The notes under the pieces are model-generated. The model was given only the letters and a program-made list of their open reading frames with translations. It was not told the origin of the DNA and did no database searches. A stretch of 44,231 bases of DNA, taken from Candidatus Omnitrophota bacterium. GTDB taxonomy: Bacteria > Omnitrophota > Gorgyraeia > Duberdicusellales > 4484-171. The position numbers and the translations under genes were made by a program. This document shows positions 17,048-24,000 of this stretch, piece by piece; the stretch's first letter is position 1; every line of letters begins with the position of its first letter. The DNA is taken from NCBI GenBank assembly GCA_023135855.1, contig JAGLSH010000001.1:1-44231 (forward strand), written 5' to 3'.

Positions 17048-18196
17048 CTAGTTTTTCCGCCTCAGAAAACTTAAGGCTTCAAGATGTGGGGTATGAGGAA
17101 AAAAATCAAAAGGCTCAATAAAGGCAAGGTCATATTGGTTTAAAAATCCCTCTAAATCCCTAAAAAGAGCGTCAGGATTGCAAGATGAATAAATGATATT
17201 CTTAGGCTCTAGCCTCAAAATAGCTCTTATTATCTTAGCTGAAAGCCCACAGCGCGGAGGGTTTATAACTAAAAGATCGGTACTCTTGTAAAATGCACCT
17301 TGAGTATTAAGAAACTTTCTGGAATCAGCAGCAAAAAAAGAAATATTATCTATTTTGTTAATTTTGGCATTTTGCCAAGCTATATCAACTATTGCCTGTT
17401 CCCTTTCTACACCCCAAACAAATTTTGCATCCCGAGCAAGAAACATTCCTATAGAACCTACTCCACAAAAAAGATCCAATACTTGATCGTCAGAAGAAAG
17501 ACTAGCATAATCTCTAATCTTCTTATAAAAATCTACTATAGCATAAGGGTTAACCTGAAAAAATGTATCAATGCCAATCCTAAAAGTTAAATCGTCTAAT
17601 CTTTCTTCAATAAAAGCCTCACCATATAAAAGTTCTTTTTTATCAAAAACCACTGCATCAGAAAGCGAATCATTAATTATCTGGTAGATAGATTTAATCG
17701 TAGCTTTTAATTTTAATCCAGTTAAAGCTTTTACAAATTCCTTAATATCTAAAGTTTCGCTACTACTTGTAACTAAACCAATCATAATCTCTTTAGTAAA
17801 TTTTGTCTCCCGAACAATTAAATACCGCAAGAATCCTTGGTGAGAATATTTATCATACACAGAATGCTCTTTAGTTTTAAGAAAATCTTTAATTACTTTT
17901 AAAATTTCTTTTAAGTCTGGAGAGAAAATTAAACACTCATCTACATCTACCACCTTTCGTCTTTCTACTTTACTATAAAGACCACATACAAGACCATTCT
18001 GATCAGCAAAACTAAATTCCATTTTATTGCGGTAATATTCAGGAGAGGAAGGGTTGATTGCTTTTAATTCAGTATCAATCTTATAAAGATTAGCTAAATC
18101 CTTAATTTTAGTTTCTTTAATAACCAGTTGCTCTTTATAAGGAATGTCTTGATACCTACATCCTCCACATTCTGAAAAATGTTTACAACACTTCAT
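17048..18196 (-). CDS. RumA/TrmA-family SAM-dependent RNA (uracil-C5)-methyltransferase with N-terminal 4Fe-4S Cys cluster (no TRAM domain)
   Basis: CKHFSECGGCRYQ cluster, SAM motif VLDLFCGVGSIG, catalytic YSSCNP. ATGA overlap with the nitroreductase stop. Confidence 0.85.
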   Translation of the reverse strand: MKCCKHFSECGGCRYQDIPYKEQLVIKETKIKDLANLYKIDTELKAINPSSPEYYRNKMEFSFADQNGLVCGLYSKVERRKVVDVDECLIFSPDLKEILKVIKDFLKTKEHSVYDKYSHQGFLRYLIVRETKFTKEIMIGLVTSSSETLDIKEFVKALTGLKLKATIKSIYQIINDSLSDAVVFDKKELLYGEAFIEERLDDLTFRIGIDTFFQVNPYAIVDFYKKIRDYASLSSDDQVLDLFCGVGSIGMFLARDAKFVWGVEREQAIVDIAWQNAKINKIDNISFFAADSRKFLNTQGAFYKSTDLLVINPPRCGLSAKIIRAILRLEPKNIIYSSCNPDALFRDLEGFLNQYDLAFIEPFDFFPHTPHLEALSFLRRKN

Positions 18197-18687
18197 TTTA
18201 TAATTAAATCCTTTAATTTCTTTCGCTTTGATCCACTAGAAGAATCATGAGGATATCCTAAAGCTAAAACTGCAGCTAGCTCTAAATTTTGAGAAGTTTT
18301 TAAAAATTTATGAATCTGATCTTTTTGATTTAAAATCTCACCCAACCAACAAGCCCCTAACCCTTTAGAGTGAATAGAGATAAGTATATTTTGTATACAA
18401 GCACCTATTGCCATTAAATCCTTGTCGCGGTTATAGGAGTCCTCATTGTTGAGAAAAACCATTATTATTTTGTTTGCGCCTTTTATTATATCAAAATATT
18501 TTGTATATTCAGCTAATGAATTTTTATCCTCTCCTTTTAAAACCATAAACTTCCAAGGTTGGTTATTAAGCCCTGAAGGAGCCCAGCGACCAGCCTCTAA
18601 GATCTCATCAACAATTTCTTCGTCAATGTCTTTACTCTTAAATTCCCTTATTGATCTTCTTGCCTTTATTAGTTCTAAAATGTCCAT
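18193..18687 (-). CDS. Nitroreductase-family protein
   Basis: From Met45 of the track ORF: MDILELIKARRSIREF...RWAPSGLNNQPW, a typical nitroreductase N-terminus and length (164 aa). The longer 208-aa ORF (to 18819) starts inside the IS terminal repeat, so I treat that extension as doubtful. Met13 (18783) is an alternative start. Confidence 0.7.
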   Translation of the reverse strand: MDILELIKARRSIREFKSKDIDEEIVDEILEAGRWAPSGLNNQPWKFMVLKGEDKNSLAEYTKYFDIIKGANKIIMVFLNNEDSYNRDKDLMAIGACIQNILISIHSKGLGACWLGEILNQKDQIHKFLKTSQNLELAAVLALGYPHDSSSGSKRKKLKDLIIK

Positions 18688-18782
18688 CTCATTCTCTCTA
18701 TTAAAACCTAGCCTAAACAAATTCTTAGGTTTGTTGCCATTGTAGTACAATTCCCACTTCCAATCAAGTGATTCTTCCCCCA

Positions 18783-20220
18783 TGTCAACCACATTTAAAA
18801 ATGTCCCTTTTTTACACATTTAGAAATATCCCTTTCATGTTGTAATTAGTTCCTTCTCAGACGCTCCCGCCTTTTGACCTTCCAATACACTTTTCATTGC
18901 CATTAACCTCTTGTATGTTTCTGGTCTGTTCCAAGAATAATTTTTTGCCGGCTTATAGGCTATTTTGTTGCGTTTCTTTGTTAAATCCTTATTAGCAACT
19001 ACTGGATTGCGCTGGACTATTTTTTTATATTGTAAAGTTCTACCATTGTGAACTATCCTCAACCGTTCCTTTGTGTCAATTTCAATAACTACTTTCTTCG
19101 CATTTGTTTTATCCAGTATTTGATATAAGTTGTTATTGTAACGGACGGTAAAATCATTGTATACGGTTCGTTTAATCTTAATACATAATGTCCTGTTTAA
19201 GTTTACTCCTTGAAGAAGTTTTTAATAAAAGCTATCTTCTTTTATCGGTTGTATGCAAAACTGTTTATTGAATTTGGTTAAATATTCATTGTCTAAAAAA
19301 TCGTTCGCATCAGTTATTGTTGAAATATTGCGTAATCGCAATTCTTTTACCAACCTATCTTGAACGGTTTCAAATAAACGCTCAACTCTACCTTTTGCTT
19401 GGGCTGAATGAGCAAAAATAAGGTTAACTCCCAACTCCTCTAAAGTTCTCTGAAATTGGCTTTTTGACTCTTTACCTTTAAGCTGTTCTTCAACTGTAGG
19501 TTCTTTGGGACTCTTATATGTTGTGTGTTTATCGCAATATACTGCCACTGGGAGACCGTTCTTGCGGATAAACCGCCTGAAAGCTATCCATTGCTGGAAA
19601 AGTTCCTTCATATTCATAAAAATGCATATAGACTTTATTATTTGCATCGTCTATATATCCCATCAAACAACATTTATCTCGACGACCTTCAAACCAGTCA
19701 TGATGAGACCCATCCATTTGCATTAATTCACCCGGATGATGCATCCTCTCTCTCCAACTTCTATGCTTACGTCCTTTTTTTCGTTTACGCGGAATGCTTT
19801 CAGCGTCCAGCCAATTGCTAAGGGTTTGATCGCTTATTTTTATTCCATGAAATTCTTTCAGTTTTTCGCATGCGTGTATAAGGTTAAAATCATAATATCT
19901 ATCCTGATAAATACCTGTTACGCTATTCCGAAGTTTATCAGGATATTTATTGTTTGGTTCTCGTCCTCTTGACCCATGGATAACGCCTGCATCTCCCTGG
20001 GTTCGCACACGTGAAGCTATTCTTTTGATTTGACGATAACTTAAGACCAATGTCTCGATACCTTTCTTTAAAGACATTATCTTATCAAGAATCTTATGCA
20101 CCACATTTAATCTTTTCAGCTCTTTTTGCGTCATCTAGATCGTCTCCTTTCTTGCCATATACCCTCCTGGCTTAGAAAGCATTATAGCAAGCTAGGGGAC
20201 ATTATCACTTTGGGATGACA
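18783..20220 (-). mobile_element. Decayed insertion sequence (about 1.44 kb) with imperfect 26-bp terminal inverted repeats
   Basis: Left end TGTCAACCACATTTAAAAATGTCCCT (18783-18808) matches the reverse complement of the right end, TGTCATCCCAAAGTGATAATGTCCCC (20195-20220), at 18 of 26 positions, including the terminal TGTCA and the inner AATGTCCC. I saw no clear target-site duplication. Confidence 0.45.
18835..20134 (-). pseudogene. DDE (rve/integrase-core) transposase pseudogene, ISNCY/IS481-like
   Basis: Three track ORFs (19529-20134, 19222-19647, 18835-19062) join into one about 433-aa protein: HTH N-terminus, then ...GELMQMDGSHHDWFEGRRDKCCLMGYIDDANN..., then ...VYCDKHTTYKS...AHSAQAKGRVERLF. 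One frameshift falls within 19529-19647 and one in-frame TAA at 19222-19224. The 1300-nt length (3n+1) fits a single 1-nt indel. Family name is from memory. Confidence 0.8.
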
Positions 20221-20230
20221 GACTTTTTCA

Positions 20231-20258
20231 TTGACTTACACACTAATAATGTTACTAT
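20231..20258 (+). promoter_or_regulatory. Candidate outward (Pc-like) promoter feeding the cassette array
   Basis: TTGACT (20231-20236), a 16-nt spacer ending in TG (extended -10), then TACTAT (20253-20258). Lies between the IS end and the first GTTATGA (20302-20308). Confidence 0.35.
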
Positions 20259-20330
20259 TCCAATAGCAGTAAAAGATAAAATGAATAGGCGTATATTAAT
20301 TGTTATGATTAAAAAATAAAAGGATAAAAA

Positions 20331-20711
20331 ATGAATATTATCATACCAATACTAAGTGCTCTATTCGGATTAATCTTTGGTCATTGGTTAAATCGTAGGC
20401 GAAATTTTGAAAACAAAAAAAGGGAAATTCGCATCAATTATCTTATAGAAGCCTACCGGAAACTCGAAAGGGGAGCTATCCCAAACGCTAAAAATTTTGA
20501 TAAAGGGGATTTCGAAAGTGCGATTGCAGACATACAAATGCTTGGCAACCTTGAGCAAGTTAACATCGCTTATGAGTTTGCTATTAAGGCGACTCAAGGC
20601 GATGGCTCGAAATTGCAAGAATTACTGGAAAATCTCCGAATGGAATTAAGAAACGAATTATCAATCAAAAATAATAAATTACCAAAGATAAGCCCGTTTA
20701 GGATAAACTAA
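20331..20711 (+). CDS. Cassette ORF 1: hypothetical protein with one N-terminal TM helix
   Basis: 126 aa. MNIIIPILSALFGLIFGHWL is hydrophobic and is followed by a helical soluble part. No family recognised. Confidence 0.6.
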   Translation: MNIIIPILSALFGLIFGHWLNRRRNFENKKREIRINYLIEAYRKLERGAIPNAKNFDKGDFESAIADIQMLGNLEQVNIAYEFAIKATQGDGSKLQELLENLRMELRNELSIKNNKLPKISPFRIN

Positions 20712-20720
20712 TAGATAAAA

Positions 20721-20785
20721 TCATAACAACTCAATCCACCTGACCAAAAAGCTGCTCTTTTCGGCAGGTGATTTTTGTGTTATAT
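20721..20785 (+). repeat. attC-like site 1
   Basis: ATAACA (20723-20728) pairs with TGTTAT (20778-20783). CCACCTG pairs with CAGGTGA. Ends in GTTATAT (20779-20785). Confidence 0.6.
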
Positions 20786-20825
20786 GAAAAATAAATTTAA
20801 TAAAAATAAAAAGGAGGTGATGTAA

Positions 20826-21014
20826 ATGGTTAAATATTTACGACACACGTTATTATCTGAAAGCCAAACAGAAATAACTGCTAGAGTTGAAGCCTTGATT
20901 AAAATTCTTGAAAAGAAAGGAATTTTAACAGAAACTATGGTGAATAAAAAAGAAAAAGAAATAAAACAAACCATGATTAATGCTGGTAAAAAGAAAACTA
21001 ATAAAACCATATAA
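20826..21014 (+). CDS. Cassette ORF 2: small Lys-rich helical hypothetical protein
   Basis: 62 aa. Strong SD AAGGAGGTGA 5 nt upstream. The stop TAA (21012-21014) is embedded in the ATAAC of attC 2. Confidence 0.55.
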   Translation: MVKYLRHTLLSESQTEITARVEALIKILEKKGILTETMVNKKEKEIKQTMINAGKKKTNKTI

Positions 21015-21074
21015 CAAGTCAATGCACCCAACCTTTTCCGCCGCTTCAAAGGTGGGTGATTTCGGGCGTTATAG
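21009..21074 (+). repeat. attC-like site 2
   Basis: ATAAC (21011-21015) ... GTTATAG (21068-21074). CACCCAACCTTT pairs with AAAGGTGGGTG with one unpaired base. Shares a 28-nt identical left arm (21020-21047) with attC 3. Confidence 0.65.
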
Positions 21075-21086
21075 GAGAAAATAATA

Positions 21087-21479
21087 ATGAAAAAATATCT
21101 ATTTATTCTATCAATATTAATTCTCTCAGGTTGTATATCGACAAATAAAACATTTGTAAATATTGATTATGCTAATGGCATTGATAAATATGAAGCCACT
21201 ACTATGGCAAAAAGGGAAGTAACAAAAAAAGCCATTGAAAGTTATAATCCAAATCAACCTAGAATTATGAGGAATTTAGATACCAAAGTAGAAAAAGACT
21301 ATTGGTTGATTTCTTTTCCAGGAAGAAGAAAAGCAAAAAATCTTTTTATGACCAATTTTTGTTATTTAATCGCGGTAGATAAAAAAACTGGAGCAATAGC
21401 TCTATCTGAAGAAGTAATTATTAAAACGAATATTAAAGACTCTTGTAAACATAGAATTAAAAAATTAAAAAACCTATAA
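21087..21479 (+). CDS. Cassette ORF 3: lipoprotein, function unknown
   Basis: 130 aa. Signal peptide plus lipobox MKKYLFILSILILSGC. SD AGGAG. The stop lies inside the TATAAC of attC 3. Confidence 0.7.
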   Translation: MKKYLFILSILILSGCISTNKTFVNIDYANGIDKYEATTMAKREVTKKAIESYNPNQPRIMRNLDTKVEKDYWLISFPGRRKAKNLFMTNFCYLIAVDKKTGAIALSEEVIIKTNIKDSCKHRIKKLKNL

Positions 21480-21547
21480 CGACCCAATGCACCCAACCTT
21501 TTCCGCCGCTTCGCGGTTCCAAAGGCGGGTGATTTCGAATGTTGTGA
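21475..21547 (+). repeat. attC-like site 3
   Basis: TATAAC (21475-21480) ... GTTGTGA (21541-21547). The left arm at 21485-21512 is identical to attC 2. The right arm is AAAGGCGGGTGATTTCG. Confidence 0.65.
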
Positions 21548-21572
21548 TAAAAAATTAAAAGGAGAAAATATC

Positions 21573-22127
21573 ATGAGAATAAATTCTAAAAAATATCTTT
21601 TTGTATTCATATTAGCTATTTTTATAATGAATGGATGTGCAGCCGTTGGCGTAATTCATACTTCTAATCCCTGGCAGAAAATGCGAGATGCTTATCAAAT
21701 GATGAATTACGGACGATTCTTACGTGCAGAACAGTTTCTAAGAGAAGCAGAAAAAATATTTGAAGAAAAAGAAAATGACCATGGAATTGCAGAAGCTTAT
21801 TTTTCTCTTGGCAATATGTATAAAAATAACCACGAACATAACACATTGCAAGATACAAAAAAATCCAGAGAATGCTTTGAACACGCTCATAACCTATTTA
21901 GAAAGAATGAAAATTTTATAGGAGTTGCTAAATCATTGTTTGGGCTTGCTAATGCCTATGGTATAGAAAATAATTCATTAGAAAGCTGTAGCCATTATGA
22001 TGAAAGTCTTAATGCCTATTATAAGGCAAAGAAGCTAAATCCTTCTGCAATTATGCCTATTATGATAAAAAAATATAAAGATTTCCCTGATATGGTTGAA
22101 GATTATAAAAACCACTTTTGTAAATAA
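21573..22127 (+). CDS. Cassette ORF 4: lipoprotein with TPR-like helical repeats
   Basis: 184 aa. Lipobox FIMNGC. Repeated A..Y..LGN.Y / A....GLANAY helices. SD AAGGAG. Confidence 0.7.
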   Translation: MRINSKKYLFVFILAIFIMNGCAAVGVIHTSNPWQKMRDAYQMMNYGRFLRAEQFLREAEKIFEEKENDHGIAEAYFSLGNMYKNNHEHNTLQDTKKSRECFEHAHNLFRKNENFIGVAKSLFGLANAYGIENNSLESCSHYDESLNAYYKAKKLNPSAIMPIMIKKYKDFPDMVEDYKNHFCK

Positions 22128-22160
22128 ATTTCATTATACAGTACAAATAACCAATAAAAT

Positions 22161-22234
22161 CATAACAAAGCAATACAGCCAACCTAACTCCGCGCCTTCG
22201 TCGCTCCAAAAGCCGCTGATTTCGTATTTAGTAT
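22161..22234 (+). repeat. attC-like site 4 (degenerate distal end)
   Basis: The left arm ATAACAAAGCAATACAGCCAACCT follows the family consensus. The right arm ...GCCGCTGATTTCGTAT is followed by TTAGTAT where the others have GTTrt. Confidence 0.5.
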
Positions 22235-22235
22235 T

Positions 22236-23001
22236 TAGGGGACGGTTCTCCTTGCCCTAGCCCTTACCAACCCAACAAGTTACAAACACACCTTTATAAA
22301 TTTTTAATTTAATTGAAAGAAAAAGCTCTTTTTCTACGTCTATTAAAACGAGAGGTAAAAAAGGAGGTTTTATGCCGCGTCAAGCCAGAGAAATTCCGTT
22401 AACAGGGTATCTGCATATAATAAGCCGGGGGAATAATAAAAGGAAGATTTTTCGTTACGAAAGGGATAAAAAGCAATATTATCTCAATCTTAAAAAGTTG
22501 AACCAGCAAGATAAGGTTAATATTTGCCATTATTGCCTTATGAGTAATCACATACATCTTCTTGTAGAAATAAGGCAAGGAAGTAACCTCTCCAGGTTTA
22601 TGAAACGAATTAATCTTAAATATGTCTATTATTACCAGCGAAAATATACGTATTGTGGTCATCTATGGCAGGGTAGATTCCAATCAAAGATAATCAATGA
22701 CGAACTCTATCTGATACAATGTGGTAAATACATAGAACTAAATCCTGTGCGGGCCGGCAGTGTTGCCTCTCCGGAGGACTACCCTTTCTCAAGCTATCGC
22801 TACTATGGATTTGGTCGAAAAGACTCGCTTATCACCCCAAATCCTTTATATAGAGATTTGAGTGCTCGGCAAGACAAAAGACAGCGTCTATATAGAAATC
22901 TAGTACTTGAAGAGGAAAATGAGTGATAAAAGAAAAAAAATAATGGTATGTTTATAACTAACTGGTGCATAATTGGTTACGGGCGAGAGAACCGTCCCCT
23001 A
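22236..23001 (+). mobile_element. RayT/IS200-like unit bounded by perfect 15-bp inverted repeats
   Basis: TAGGGGACGGTTCTC (22236-22250) and its exact reverse complement GAGAACCGTCCCCTA (22987-23001). The arms continue with imperfect similarity (GCCC...TAACCAA). Confidence 0.65.
22372..22926 (+). CDS. HUH/Y1 transposase, IS200-like, REP-associated tyrosine transposase (RayT)-like
   Basis: YLHIISRGNNK..., HUH motif MSNHIHLLV, GHLWQGRFQSK, catalytic-Tyr region YIELNPVRAG, PEDYPFSSY. SD AAGGAGG. Confidence 0.85.
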   Translation: MPRQAREIPLTGYLHIISRGNNKRKIFRYERDKKQYYLNLKKLNQQDKVNICHYCLMSNHIHLLVEIRQGSNLSRFMKRINLKYVYYYQRKYTYCGHLWQGRFQSKIINDELYLIQCGKYIELNPVRAGSVASPEDYPFSSYRYYGFGRKDSLITPNPLYRDLSARQDKRQRLYRNLVLEEENE

Positions 23002-23005
23002 GAAT

Positions 23006-23914
23006 TTAAGCCCACCAGTACCCTAATTCTTTTAATATTCTTGGTTTATCTTGCCAGTTTTCCAAAACCTTAACCCAAATATCTAAAAAAACTTTTTTAT
23101 TGTAAATTTTTTCAATCTCTGGCCGAGCCTGGCTTCCTACTTCCTTAAGCACTTCTCCAGCTTTACCAATAACAATTCTTTTTTGAGAATTTCTCTTAAC
23201 ATAAATATTAGCTCTTATCGAAACTATCTTTTTTTTGTTGTTGATTTCTTCGATCTCAACTGCTATAGAGTGCGGCACTTCTCGTTTAAGTTGCAAAAAT
23301 AACTTTTCTCTTATAATATCAGCAACTCTGAATTTAAGCGGGAAATCGGTTAAAGCATTAGCCTCATAATAAGGATGGGATTCCGGCAAATTATCTAAAA
23401 GAGCACTTCTTAATTTATCAACATCTTTTCCAGTCTTAGCCGATAAAGGTATATAATAAACTAGAGGGTTTCTCTTCCCTTCCACTCTCTGAGCCCACGA
23501 ATCAATATAAGCATTAAAATATTTAAGCCCTAAATCAATTTTATTTAAAACCATAATTGTTTTAATCTTTTGCCCGGAAATAATCCGCATCAACTCTTCT
23601 TCTTCTTTTCCCGGGCGCCGAGACATATCAACAACATAGATAATTAAATCACAGCCTTCTATGGCTCTTTTGGCAACTGTATTCAAATGCATGGCTAACT
23701 TATCTTCAAAAGAGTGAATCCCAGGAGTATCAACAAAAACAATCTGAGCATTCTCTAAATTCAGAATTCCTTTTATTTGATGACGAGTAGTCTGTGGTAT
23801 CGGGGATATAATGCTTACTTTATTATCTATTAAAGCATTAAGAAGAGTAGACTTGCCAGCATTCGGCCTACCGAGGATAGTAACAAATCCTGACTTAAAC
23901 TTATTCTTTAACAT
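23006..23914 (-). CDS. era: GTPase Era
   Basis: G1 GRPNAGKST, G3 DTPG, G4 NKID, and a C-terminal KH domain (VIGKAG). 302 aa. Confidence 0.95.
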   Translation of the reverse strand: MLKNKFKSGFVTILGRPNAGKSTLLNALIDNKVSIISPIPQTTRHQIKGILNLENAQIVFVDTPGIHSFEDKLAMHLNTVAKRAIEGCDLIIYVVDMSRRPGKEEEELMRIISGQKIKTIMVLNKIDLGLKYFNAYIDSWAQRVEGKRNPLVYYIPLSAKTGKDVDKLRSALLDNLPESHPYYEANALTDFPLKFRVADIIREKLFLQLKREVPHSIAVEIEEINNKKKIVSIRANIYVKRNSQKRIVIGKAGEVLKEVGSQARPEIEKIYNKKVFLDIWVKVLENWQDKPRILKELGYWWA

Positions 23915-24000
23915 ATCGCTTATTGTACCTTAATTCTATAAAATGTGAACAATTCTATTTGCAAAAGTTATAAAAGGTTTTTAAGAAATTTTTACTCTTC

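Larger units (their letters stand above)
20221..22235 (+). mobile_element. Integron-type gene-cassette array (four cassettes, attC-like sites, no integrase in window; CALIN-like)
   Basis: Four co-oriented small ORFs, each with its own SD. Each is followed by a 65-75 bp imperfect palindrome with consensus ATAACRAnnCAATnCAsCC ... TGATTT(n5-6)GTTrt. In cassettes 2 and 3 the stop codon lies inside the ATAAC. Confidence 0.7.

Noticed and set aside
18688-18819. N-terminal 44-codon extension of the nitroreductase ORF
   Set aside because: The family's typical N-terminus (MDILELIKARRSIREF) begins at Met45. The first 12 codons of the extension lie within the putative IS terminal repeat.
19505-19972. 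Plus-strand ORFs inside the IS (19505-19726, 19525-19821, 19736-19972)
   Set aside because: They are antisense to the transposase pseudogene and have no recognisable features.
20780-21049. 89-aa minus-strand ORF opposite cassette ORF 2 (also 20388-20618, 21362-21610, 21664-21858 and 22399-22662 on the minus strand)
   Set aside because: These run through attC-like palindromes or lie antisense to plus-strand ORFs that have strong SD sequences and the array's common orientation. For 20780-21049 the call is less certain, because cassette ORF 2 is itself short.
20721-22234. Possibility that the four repeated palindromes are a CRISPR array
   Set aside because: The repeats are 65-75 bp imperfect palindromes spaced about 290-690 bp apart. 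SD-preceded ORFs lie between them, the repeat sequences are only partly identical, and no cas genes are present.
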